Source of the DNA: Octopus sinensis | Taxonomy: Eukaryota | Direction: 5' to 3' | NCBI RefSeq assembly: GCF_006345805.1 | Contig: NC_043002.1 | Location: 53,568,001 to 53,632,000 of the forward strand | DNA length: 64,000 nt | Part shown: positions 51,957 through 64,000 of the stretch, in pieces | How the letters are laid out: every line of letters starts with the position of its first letter | Position numbering within the stretch: the stretch's first letter is position 1 | Made by a program: the position numbers and the translations under genes | The notes under the pieces: generated by a model | What the model was told of the DNA's origin: nothing | The model's input: the letters and a program-made list of their open reading frames with translations, nothing else | The model's database searches: none

Positions 51957-52521
51957 TTGGGTTGTCCGGAAAGTTCGTGCCGATTTTTAAAGGAAAGATA
52001 GAGGTCAATAAATATTTGACATTACACTTTTAATCATCCAAATATGAACCATTTTGTTGCACAATGCGTCTCCATCTTTCCTTTAACTTGAGAATACCCT
52101 CTTCCCAGAATTGAGGTGATTTCATAGCAAAGAATTCATCAAGGTATCTTTTTACGTCATCCAAGGAATTGAAATTTTTACCATTTAGACTATTCTGCAG
52201 AGACCTGGATAAGTGCAAATCCGAAGGAACAATATCTGGTGAATATGGAGGTGGGGTAACACATCCCAGCCGAGCTGCAGCAATTTTTGTCTGGTTCCCA
52301 AAGCATCAAGTGCCGAAAATGAACTTTCTTATCTTCCATATTAAAGGGTTACAAAATTAACACATGTTATAGGAACATAAACCTTCTTCCACGAAAAGAT
52401 AGCTTAAACTGTGCTCTAAATGGAGGTGTAGTCAAATCCTATTTTATGGATTCAACCATGTTCTAAAATAAGTCGAAAGGTAAGCTACTATAAATCGGCA
52501 CGAACTTTCCGGACAACCCAA
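51957..52521 (-). mobile_element. Internally deleted mariner transposon (565 bp)
   Basis: 30-bp TIRs TTGGGTTGTCCGGAAAGTTCGTGCCGATTT, TA duplication on both sides; N-terminal MEDKKVHFRHLMLWE (ATG at 52339) joined out of frame to WDVL-PHPPYSPDIVPSDLHLSRSLQNSLNGKNF..ERWRRIVQQNGSYL. Confidence 0.93.
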
Positions 52522-53597
52522 TATTATAGGTACAAATATCTGCGAAGTAAACAGCTATTTACATTTTCGTTCAATCCGTAGTTAGATCAGCTGTTCGGAT
52601 AATTGAAATATTTATCTCCGAAGCCGACGGATATTCGAATATATTTTACTTACTTGTAAATCCATCTGTCTATGCTTATGTGTGTATGTGTTTGCGTGTG
52701 TATTTGTATATGTGTGCGTGCGCGCGTGGGTGGGGTGGGTGGTGGTGGTGGTAGGTGTGTGTGGGCGCCCGTATATATGCTGCAGTGTGTAATCTTATGA
52801 ATGTTAGCACTTCTCATTGTGTCTGTGTGTTCTTACACATTTGTGAGTCTAGTCATAAGTCTGTCAGATGTGTCTTCGTGTTTAAATGTGTTTTCAATTG
52901 AGAAGGTGTTTATGTATGTGAAATGTTAGGCATTCCCCCTCTCGTAAAGTTAATAAAAGATTTATTTTTCACCAAGAATTTTTACTTTTTATATGCTTTT
53001 GTTAATTTCACTATTTTTAATTTTATATCCAGAATAACAAATTAATTTTTTTCTCGTTCTATATTAATTTAAATTTAATTGAAATTATATTGGATGGAAA
53101 CACTTGATTCTAAAATTTCGTGAAATGATATGAGTCGGATATGTTTAATTGATTTAGAAACTAGTTGACAATGACAGATAGTGATCAAACACTGAGGTGA
53201 TAGTCTTTCACAGCAGGGACATGAACTCTTAAGGAATATTGTTTCAAATTTCATTTAGTCATCATGTTTGTTTTAAATTGCTAAAGCCATGTCGATTGGT
53301 TGATGTTACAACGCCATCTTTGAAATCGCTGCTGTTGCAATTGTTAGTGTTTATCAAAAATTAGCTCTAAATAACCTGATCTAAGATATAAAGCGTTTCT
53401 TTTTTTTCTTGTGACCAACTCATCATATTTTAAAACCGTGTGTGACTTGGGCTATATTATTTATTAAATCGCTCTCTAGTAGGCAAAACTGTTAGGATAA
53501 CTGGGAAAATGCTTACTGATTTCAAATTTTGGTACAAAGCCATCAATGGCGGAGGAAGGGATAAGTCAATTACATCGAACTCAGTGCTCAACTAGTA

Positions 53598-53965
53598 CTG
53601 AACAGTATATATAAAGGATAAAATCTGTTCAAGAACAGAAAAATTTGCCGGCAACAAGCCACGAGGTTCGAACTCACACCCTTCCAATATCCGAATCGAG
53701 TTCTCAACCCTTTAAGCCAAACTGCCGACTAGCGAATTCTTCTGCAATTTTAGAAGTTATAAAGTCATCCAGAAACGCCAGATGTCATATAGGTTACGTC
53801 ATATGTATACAAACATTGCAGAAGAATTCGCCGGTCGGCAGTTTGGCTTAAAGTGTACAGCACTCCAACGGGGTATTGGAGGGGTGTAAGTTCGATCATC
53901 ATGGCTGGTTGCGGGCAAAGTTTTTGGCTCTTAAAAGGATTTTATCCTTTATATATTGTGTTCAG
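53598..53965. mobile_element. 368-bp foldback element with ~150-nt TIRs, each containing an outward-facing tRNA-like unit
   Basis: CTGAACA..TATATAAAGGATAAAATC..GCAGAAGAATTCGC arms are mirrored at 53598-53748 and 53815-53965; each has TGGCTTAAAG, GTTCGA and a T5 run. Confidence 0.75.
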
Positions 53966-53994
53966 TTTTTACGTGTTGAAAAGAATTATCATTC

Positions 53995-54350
53995 TACTTG
54001 TTGTGTAAGACTTACAGCCTTACAATATTCAGTTGAAATCTTTTACATTCAGAGTTCAAATTCGACCGACAACAACCTTGCATTTCAACCTTCCGTGTAC
54101 ATAAAATAAAGTACTTCTGTATTACTAGGCAGTAGGTCAATTTAATCGAGTATATACTCTCCTCAAATTCGTAGCCTTGACCTACGTTAGAAATCGGTAT
54201 TAATATTTGTTTCAAATTATAGCCCAAGGCCAGTATTTTCGAAGGAAGGGGCTCAGTCGATTAGGTCGACCCTAGTGATCAACTGGTTTTTATTTTATCG
54301 AGATATAAAGGATGAAAATCAATGTCGACCGGGACTTAACTGGTACATTT
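53995..54350. mobile_element. Tail-to-tail pair of diverged SINE family B copies
   Basis: Plus copy at about 53995-54195 (gagttcaaattcgacc..agccttgacc); minus copy at about 54205-54350 (caaggccagtatttt..gtcgatt..aaggatgaaa). Confidence 0.55.
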
Positions 54351-54721
54351 TCCTAGCATCTGTGGGAGGAATTAAAGGCAAAGTTAATCTTGAAGGGATG
54401 TGAAAACGAAAGTAAAGAAATGGAAAAATACTGCTAGGTATTTTGAGGGTTACTCAAATGATTCTCCCGGAAAACATAATTTTATGTTAAGATTATTAAT
54501 TGATACAAAGTATTGATACGCAACCTAAATAATTGCTGGACATATAACAAACAGGAGCTAAATCTTCTTGAAGTCACACACTAATACCGTCTTAAGATAA
54601 GTAATAATATGTATGTTGGCTAATGGGGTTGAAGGTATAGTATGTCTTAAAGAATCAGACAAGCTGTTAAAACTGGTATTCTTTTAAACAGTAGCCTGAT
54701 CTATCAAGCGTTCGGTTGAAG

Positions 54722-54752
<31 letters not shown>

Positions 54753-57263
54753 TAACACCTGATATGGGGAAGAGCTACCTCATTGCTCGACCTGCAGAAA
54801 GCAGCAGCTACAGATCTCTCTATCGTCATTAAATATATCAACGACACACCAGATTGTATGGTGCTAATTACTGCGTCGCTATATAAGGAATGAGATATTC
54901 ACAGTTGGAATGCTTTTGGTAATTAGTGTGCTGGTTCAGGATGAATCTCGAGTTAAAAAAACAACAGCACTACAACAACACTAACAACACGTATGAATGC
55001 AAAATTGTTTGAGTGTTTAATTTTTTTAATCCCTATTACTCTAAAGTATTCCAGCTTTGAAACAAAATTAGAAATAATTTTTTGAAAATTGAAAATCGAT
55101 GACAAAATATTTTACAAATAAAACTTCTGAATAGCAGAAAGGTTAAGTTTCAGAAAATTTAGCATATCTCGATATTCATCCCACGAGGAAATAAATAAAT
55201 ATTTACCTGCATCTGTTAAAGAAGATTAATATAAAAATGTTTTCGACAAATATTATTTAACTGTTTTCGTTTTTCTTTTTTGCTTCATTTCAGGGTATCG
55301 TCTTCGTAGTCATAATCACCATTATCACAGTAATAATCATCATTATCATCATTATTAAAATATTTCTGAAACTTAATGACAGAGTTTACTGCGTTCATCC
55401 CACAGAGATGATTGTGACCATAACAGATGGTTAATACCAATGTGGATAAATTGTGATTTTCCAGTAATGCGTGAAAATGGCGACAGATTTTAAGATTAAT
55501 ATATAACAAAAAAAACGCCGTAGTAAAAAACGCCAGTGAAACCAGTACCACTTAATTTTCTGAAAACTCATGGTATAACTACAACAAAATAATTACTACC
55601 ATAACCACAACGATCACCACCAATGATTTCCCATGACACAGCTACCACTAAGGGTAATATTCATAAGCAGCAACGAAGTGGATGTTACGTCCCCATCGAT
55701 TCCCATTTGAGTAGCTCCAAGTATGACCAATACAAACACCATTACTGGCACTATTTCCACAAATCACACCCCTAAAAGTACCTTAGTCCTTATCGATAAT
55801 AACAGTAACAACAACAACAATAACAAGAATGAGTCAACAAGGAAGTTTATATATGATCGTTAGAGATAAAAAGGCCGGATCCAACCAAAAGCATAACCTA
55901 AATTCTCAAAATGGGAAAGGCATAGGTTGGATAATAGTCTTGGATGCAGAATGTGAAAATAAGATGGCATGACATGTAGCATAGCTAGAAAGATCTGATC
56001 AGAGTTTTATGTAATCAAAACAGACATTAAAGACAACGAGGAAAACTACGATACTTGAAACACACATTTGAACTGAGCTGCGCGCAGATCTGACTCATTA
56101 ATATAAACAACAATATAACAGGTAAGAAAGCTCGTGTGTAATGTTTGAAAAGAGCTTAAATACAAAACCCCATTCTCTTCCATGAGATAATAGTTCAGAG
56201 AACTGTGATGCATGTGGAAGAAGAGTAGCGATCCTGAATCCCTCTGCTCTTCTCTCGAGAGATGTTATAGGATGTGAAGAATCTAATTGCACAGGTTCAC
56301 TAGTTTGAACTTGTCAGCATCTTTTTTTACACTATCTTATTATGTGGCGACTAGCCATTAATCCGAAGCTGCTAAAATCACACCCAATGATTCTGTTTTT
56401 GCACAAATGTTTTAAAACATTGATAAATTTCAGTTTAGGTTATGTACTGTCTATCGATTCTTGATGGGTAGTAGCCATTGCGTACTTATTCACCCCAGTT
56501 TTTACCCAATATGTTTTGGTATTCTAATCCTACTTTTTTTTTACTCTTTTATATTGTCTTAATAAATGACCTTACCTTCAGTATAGTTAAATTCCCGTTT
56601 GTTCTTTACTGCATCTATATACATCGACAAAAAAGAAAAAGAAGGTAACAATAATTAGTTGTCTTTTGATTTCTTCAAAGTATTTCTTAGGCCCAGTTTT
56701 GTTGTTTTGTAGCGATTTTCTACTTGTATCAAATCCCAGTATCTCAATCTATTGGGTAAATGTATTTTATTTTAAACAGCTTTAAGGTATTGGCTTCAGA
56801 ATGCTTTTGATATTTGCTTGGTTTTTCTGTTTAAGTTTCACATTTCATTGAAAAAAATCAAACGACGTTGAAGCTGCAGTTTATGAAATAGTATTTATAC
56901 CTATTATTTCTAGTTCAGTTTTGAATACTAGTCTTACTTTCATGTGACTCATTTCCAATAATATCCATTGTATATATATGGTGTCTTATCAGTTAATCCA
57001 TACATACGTATTACTATAGATACTTCTTGTTTAGGTTTTAGTGTCTGTATTAATTTTAATGTTCTCAGTTTTAATTCAATTACTGTATCTTATATTAAAT
57101 TTGCACATTTTTCTTACGCGTAAATTTTCATATACCTCCTCTCCCTCCTCTTCCTCCTCCTCTTCTTTTTCTATTCCATATTATTATTATCGTTGTTGTT
57201 GTTGTTGTTGTTATTATTATTATTATTATCATTATTATTATTATTAATTAGATTGTTGTTGTT

Positions 57264-60200
57264 GGCGAGTTAAGACGTGTTTTTAACGCTCCGTGAGTTT
57301 GGATTTTCTTGCGGCTTTTTTCAAGTTTCTTGACAGCTTTGTTTTATTGTTTTTGTTTTCCGAACCCCTTTCGCTGTGCAGAAAGGGTTTAATTTTTGAA
57401 TATTTCCCCCTTTTTGAGGCGAATTTTGGACTTTCTGTCTATTAGAAAAAAAATTGTTTTTTCATCCAATGAAAATCAAGATGGATTCCTCTGTTGTGGG
57501 GAGTGGCAGTGGCTGTTCTGACTACCAGTTCTGCGAAGACTTCTTCCCTTTGAACAGCAAAAGTACGAACATCACTAAGAACCTGAGCAATAACATAGAA
57601 AATAAAAGAGTAAATGAAGAAAACACCGCCATCGTCACCACCAGCATGAACACAGTAAACACAAACGAAAGGGAAGAGCCAAACAAGAGCAATGGCAAAC
57701 CAAGCGGCAACGGTTTCGCCATGATGGTAAAACAAACCAAGCAGTTAATTCATTTAACTATTGACGATTCAAAAAATGTGAAAGGTTTGTTAAAGAAGGA
57801 AGAATATATTTCCTTTAAACACACCACAACTGATAAAAGAAACACAGGAAAAACGGTAATCTACAGATCATTACACATTAACAAAATGTGTAGAACGATC
57901 AACTCAGCAGCAATTAGAAATTCCGTTAAGACCTATATGGACGAATAAAGCCTATGTGACGCGAAAGAAAATTTTTCGGCAGTGTGGAGGTACGTTTCGC
58001 AACGGTAGAAGAAGCAAGACAGCATTCCACAGTGCCACTAAAAACTGAGAAATTCCTGCTCGTGCCAACATAGCTAGGTCGGCGCGTCACCAAAATTAAA
58101 ATTGGGGAAGTGCCCCCTCCCCCGAAATAAATATATGCTGGTTGGTGGCGGCTATCTTCTTCTGGACGTCATAAATTTATTAGACGCCACAAGAGGCCAG
58201 GCGGTCGAAGTGCTAACTTTTCGGAAGCGACCAGCACCTCAAGGTCGGCTGCCCCAAATACAACATGTGCAATGAAAGCTGCAAGCAGCAGCAGAAGCGG
58301 GTGCACCGCCAGTGCAGCAGCAGCAGCAACAACAGTAGCAACAGAAACCAAACCCATCAACACCAGTGACGCCGCTTCCATCCGTCGCCAGAGCACCACT
58401 AATACCGACACGAACATCAACACCGGAAAATCTCTGGATACGAGATCTTACTATCTCCGTGCCGGCCGGTACTGGTGGTACTGTGGTGCTTTTCCGGGAA
58501 GATCTAGATTTGGAAATAAAGGCAGTCTTGCTGGATCCAAAAGGTAAGTTGGTGGTCCTAGATGTGAACAACATTGACGGCGTTGCTTTCAGACTGGTGG
58601 CTGCCTATGCTCCGGCAGGGCAGGGTGGTCTGATTACTTCAAGCGTCTGGAGATTTTCCTGGGAACGTCTCGGACTCTAGCGTTAGTAGTGGATTGGAAC
58701 GCTTTCTTAGATGAACGTTTCGATTGCGTAGGAATATCTGCTAGGAGAGTGGGGTGCAAAAGCCTCAAACACCTGCTCATACGTTTTCAATTGTCTGACA
58801 GGTACCGACTAGATTACTAGAATGTGCCAATGTGGACTTGAGCAAACCGCATCGGGTCATTTAGATCGTATCTATGTAGGGTATTTTGTAGACAAGGATA
58901 TCATAGAGTGTCCACAATTTCACATGGCCGGCTACAAAGAGAACAAATTTGTGATTTGTACGGTCGACTTAGGCTTCATAGACAGGGTCCCGGTTACTGG
59001 AAGCTGAACACGTCATTACTGGCGTGTCAAGCTTACAGAAACCGGATTAGCGAATTAGTTAAGCGGGCGTTGACAGGTGTAATCGTCAACAACAACTGAT
59101 GGTTTGCTCTTAAAAGGGCAATTAGAGTAGAATCCATTAGGTTTAGCAAGGCACTAGCGGTAGAGTGAAAGAGAATGGGAGATTTAGTTAGAAGAGGCGC
59201 TGACGTGTTGGCGGCGAGATTGGCCATCGACCAATTTTTCGACGTCAAACGCGAAGACTGTGTTGTCAGAGCTAAGGCACGTTCACTAAGCGGGGAGGGA
59301 CGAAAGCGTCGCGATGGGCCTGCGTGGTGGAGGTGAAAAGTGACAGTAAATCCACCATTCGGTCTTCGATGGACAAGAGCAGATGTGTGGTGTTCGAGCC
59401 GAAACAGATGTTTGCGGCTTTTCAGTGGCACTTCGCTCGACTGTTCGGAACGAATGGTAACACAGATAACAGGACAGAGTTCGGTGTCTACTAGGACAGT
59501 CTGCCACGACTCTCAGCGAGCGAGGCAGAGTGCTGCAAAAGGACGATAACAACGGTGGAGGTACAAGAAGCGCTGAAAAGTTGTACGAGAGGTAGATCAC
59601 CGGATTTGATGGTCTGCCCTACGAGCTTAATACTTCGATGCCAGACTTGTTTACGGGTCTCTTAGCAAACGTCTACTGCAATTGGCAGTAGAATGGGAGA
59701 ATTCCCACTTTTGTCTGTCAAGGGGCGGTGGGACTGCTAAGAAAGGACCCAAACAAGGGGGACGTAATAGAGAATTTCAGGCCCATCACTCTGCTCAATG
59801 CAGGGTTGAAGATTTTGGCCAAGATGTTGGCGCTTGTCATGGACAAGCTGGTTGGCGAAGCGCAAACATGCGCCATCCCAACCTGGAGTATTCACGATAA
59901 CCTCCATCTTATGCACTAAATCAAAGAGAGGGTGGGTAATGAAGCTGGCATAGGTGAGGCTCTGATCAATTTAGATCAATCTAAAGCCTTTGATAGGGTC
60001 GATTATCAGTACTTGGCAGCTGTCCTTAAGGCAGCCGGTTTCGGTCCAGTTTACCGTGGTTGGATCGCTGCTTTGTACAGCAGCATCTTCTCGGTTGTTC
60101 GGGTGAATGGTCACCTCTCGGAGCCATTCAGCATCTTGCGTTCAGTCCGTCAAGGGTGTCCTCTCTCCTCCCTTCTGTATGTACTGACTCTTGAGTCATT

Positions 60201-61791
60201 ACTGCAGAAGTGGGAGGCTTTGATGGGTGTCCCGCGTGATCTAGGATGTGGAAGATATTTGTTTTCTTATGCTGATATCACCATCATAGTGCCGAGCCAC
60301 AGGTATATAGACCTGATTGGCGAAACAAGAATATGAAGAGATGATAGGAGCAAAAATTAACGCGGAAAATTTGGTGGGCTTGCAACTCAGCACCTGGAGA
60401 AGCAAGTCAATACCGTCCAACAGCGTGGTGGGTCGCTGGACAGACGGTCCAGGTAAGTTGCTGTTTTGGTCCAGACTTCCAAGTGGAGAAGATCTACGAC
60501 GACGTGACGAACAGAGTAGTGAATTTCACTCAGAAATGGGCCGAGAGGAAGGAAGCTGTCCCTGAAAGGTTGATGGGAGGTGGCGAATGCGTATATCGCA
60601 TCCGTCATCTATTACCACTTGACTGTCGTCTCTTGCCCTATTTGTTGGTTGACCAAGTTGGTGCGTTTACTCTTCAGCTTTCTGTGGAAGGGGTGCGTTC
60701 AACTGGTCAGGCGCTCCATCTGCTGCCAACAGCCATTGAATGGAGGGCTGGGCATGCCGTGGTTACTGATACGCAGACATGTGCTGAATTTGCGACATCT
60801 CCAGTGTTCCTTGACGGTGAGCAGCCGTGGTCACCGTTTGTAAGAGATACTGTTCCACAGCTCGTCTCTTTGACTTAGCTGCAATCCTAGATTACGCGTA
60901 GACTGATAAGGGGCTCTTGGAACCTCGAGTACTGTCAAGCGCCCACAACCCTCCACCAGACAGGCAATGCTGTCGGTGGTAGTTCCGCTCTAGCGTTCTA
61001 TAAAGGGCTAGTGGAGGGAAAGTGCGACGACATTCTCGAGGAAACGCTGGGCGTCGATGAAGATCAACTAACCGGTCTATTTCGGAGAACTTTCGGGCCT
61101 GGGCCTATGGATAACTTCCAGAAATCCCTTGCCTGGCAGTGCTACCGAGGGGCACTGCCTGTTCCGGATAAACTTTATAGGCACGGGTGTGCCGTCAGCC
61201 GAGCCTGCCCGAAGTGTGCCCAGAACGATGAAACCGTTCTGCACGCTCTAGTATTAATGACGTATGGGTATATGTCGAGCACCTGCTGTCGCGTGTTGGA
61301 TGGATTCGGCTATCAGCTGAATCCATTGTTAAGATTGATCCGCCGCGCTCTTTTGACCGGGAGGGGCAGACAATTTGTCTCGTGGCTGATACGAAAGAGG
61401 TAGTATAGTGGATCCGTTTGAACGAGCTAAATACAGACATTTTCCTCTTTGGCCAAGCTCTCATCAACTTTTTCAAGTTTCACTTGGAAAGGGAGTTGAG
61501 GGTGGAGAGGGAAGTTTTGCCTTGTAGCAAGTTTGTTGAAAGGTGGGTGAATGTTGAAAGAATGACCAGTGTGAAAAGACCAATTCGAGCGTGCACCTGT
61601 AAAAAAAGGAGGGGCTCTTGCACTGTTGTTCAGGCACCCTTGGCTTTTGTGGGGTTTTCCACTAGGACCTTAAAGCGCCTCCCATATTGGAAGTTTTAGT
61701 TTATTCAATCTTTAGCATTATTACATTATGTACACGCGAAAATCCATTGTATCGTCCTGTTTTTGTCTTTTATGTTGTATGTCAATTAATG

Positions 61792-61795
<4 letters not shown>
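57264..61795 (+). mobile_element. Tx1/L1-clade LINE, near full length but decayed (ORF1 remnant; APE-RT-zinc-finger ORF2)
   Basis: ORF1-like VEVRFATVEEA..LGRRVTKIKIGEVP; APE GGTVVLF..FRLVAAYAP..LDRIYV..GPGYWKLNTSLL; RT NFRPITLLN..LDQSKAFDRVD..VRQGCPLSSLLY; C-terminal LAWQCYRGALPV..CPKCAQNDETVLH; many stops and frameshifts; (TTA)/(TTG) tracts at both ends. Confidence 0.88.
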
Positions 61796-61843
<48 letters not shown>

Positions 61844-61865
61844 GTTGTTGTTGTTGTTGTTGTTG

Positions 61866-62052
61866 TTACTGGAAATCTGGCAGAAACTTTAACATGCCGG
61901 GCGCCTGTCTTCACGGTGAGAGTTCAAATTCCAACGCGGTTGGTCCTGCCATTCATCATTTTGGTGTCGATAAAATGAGGACCAGTTGAGTATAGGGGTC
62001 AATGTAATCGACAACCCTTCTCCCTAAACTGCTGACCTTGTACCAAAATTAT
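61866..62052 (+). mobile_element. SINE family B (diverged)
   Basis: ctggcagaaactttaacatgccgggc..gagttcaaattcc..gtcgataaaatgaggaccagttgag..ccttgtaccaaaatt. Confidence 0.7.
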
Positions 62053-62798
62053 TAGGCCAGCTCATTGAACCGTTTGCGCATTGGGCGAAATACATATCTG
62101 CACTTCTCTGGCTCTTTCGAGCTGAATAATATTAATGCAAGATTTATACTGGAGTCTATGTAATCGCCTAGGCCCTCTCCCCTCTAATTTCAGGCCTTGT
62201 GCCTATAGTTAAAATAATTATTATTCCGGTGGGCAAGTACAATGGTCTGAGTGTCGCGAAAACGCATTGCCGTATTTATTCTGGCTCCTTACGATCTGAG
62301 TTCAAATTTCGCTCAAGTACAATTTCCTTTTCAGATTTTCAATATCAGTAATAGAAAATACCAATTATGTAGTATAGTCGATTTTATCGATTCACACTGA
62401 ACTCCCCAAATTGCAATTAATACAGCTGCCGCTCTTGCTACTGCTATTACTACTACTGCCAAGACTGCTGGTACTATTACTGTTATATGTGTGTGTTTTT
62501 TTTTAAATATAGATTCTAATATACTTACACACTAATTGAAAAAAGGAATTAATAGTAATCAATATCTAATCAGTAGATAAAAGGTAATAGAAATTATATA
62601 AAGCAAAAACACATTAATAGCTAATACGGGCACACATACGTACATACATAAGTATGTACGTATGTATGTATATATGTGTATCTGTGTGTATGTATATATA
62701 TATATATATATATATACTTCCATATTCATGCATGTCTATATAAAAGTATAATCTATCGTAGGATAAAACATACACATATTATATATATATATATATAG

Positions 62799-62880
<82 letters not shown>

Positions 62881-63278
62881 TATATATATATACATACATA
62901 CATACATACATGCATACATACATACATACATACATACATACATACATACATACATACATACATACATACATACATACACATGAAAGTAAAGAAGATATAG
63001 TGGTAGCTTGTACGATTATACGCAGTAATCTATTATGGAATATAGAGAAATGACAATACACTCTGGCACTTTACTAGGTGAATAAATTCAGCAGACCTCT
63101 GCATTTTACGCATCGGTTGCATCACAAACCTTTCACAATTTATGTTTATAAGACGTTTCGACGGCAAACGCACGGTGTGCACTGTTCCAAACCATAAGAG
63201 TAAGTGAACAAAACCAACAAGGCGTTAGCTATAAGAAGACACAATTACCACTATCTAACTTTTCTGGCCGCATACTAA

Positions 63279-63663
63279 TCTCTCTCTATATAAACGGCAG
63301 TTTGTCTGTCTGCGTGTCTGTGTGTCTGTTGGGTTGTACCCTCACCCTGACCACGGCTTTTAACCGATTCTGATGAAACTTGACACACACATAGCCCAAT
63401 GTCATAATTCAAAACTAACGCAGCGAAAATTTTGAAAAGTTCCCCCAGTTCTGAAAAAAATCGATAAATTCGACATGGAGTCGAGAATCAGAAACACAAA
63501 CCACAGACTGTCTAGGGGACGCAACTCGACCTTTTTAACTCTCAAAAAAATTTACCATCATTTTTTTCCCTTTTTTTTTTGCTATTTTTTGGCTATAACT
63601 CTCTAAAAATGCTTTATAGTTATTTCCCTTACAAACCCGAGCAACGCCAGGCGATACTGCTAG
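63279..63663 (+). mobile_element. Non-autonomous Helitron (385 bp)
   Basis: A|TC..CTATATAAA..TGTCTGTCTG start; end CCCGAGCAACGCCAGG..ATACTGCTAG|T; inserted between A and T with no duplication. Confidence 0.8.
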
Positions 63664-63715
63664 TGACCGTATAAAATACGGGTGGGTTTTTTGTTGCACG
63701 AAATATATATTAAAT

Positions 63716-63935
63716 ATTGGTTTCAAAATTTGAAACAGGGCCAGCAATTTTGGAGGAGGGATTAATTTTTGATTACATCGAATCCAGTACTCAACTGGTA
63801 CTTTATTTTGTCGAACCCGAAAGGATGACAGGCAAAGTCGACCTCGGCGGAATTTGAACTCAGAACGTAATAACGGATAAAATGCTGCAAAACATTTTGC
63901 CCAGCGTGCTAACCATTCTGCCAGCTCGCTGCCTT
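63716..63935 (-). mobile_element. SINE family B
   Basis: Minus strand AAGGCAGCGAGCTGGCAGAATGGTTAGCACGC..GAGTTCAAATTCCGCCGAGGTCGACTTTGCC..TTTGAAACCAATA. Confidence 0.88.
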
Positions 63936-64000
63936 AAGTATATATTAAATATTGATTCCTGCTTTGTTTTGTTTATATTATGGTATCTAAAATTTTAAGA

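Overview
AT-rich eukaryotic non-coding DNA, very dense in microsatellites (TA, CA, TACA, TCTA, ATT, GAT, GAAA) and transposable elements. The repeat landscape suggests a mollusc, most likely an octopus; that is my inference, not checked against a database. I found no intact host protein-coding gene, rRNA or CRISPR array, and most listed ORFs are microsatellite read-throughs. Supported content: (1) two tandem near-full-length U6 snRNA copies, each joined to the 5' end of a tRNA-derived SINE. (2) An R4/Dong-type RLE retrotransposon with about 490 open codons, plus related pieces, all sitting in (ATT)n tracts. (3) Decayed HERO-like, Tx1/L1-like, CR1/L2-like and Penelope-like retroelements. (4) Mariner, pogo/Tigger and Helitron derivatives. 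(5) Many tRNA-SINE copies of at least five families. (6) Several long-inverted-repeat foldback elements: one has hammerhead ribozyme motifs in both arms, another has two outward-facing tRNA-like Pol III units. The strongest leads are the two-polarity hammerhead foldback element (2666-3210), the duplicated U6-SINE chimera (10633-11503) and the twin-tRNA foldback (53598-53965). All coordinates were read by eye; the ends of decayed repeats are approximate.
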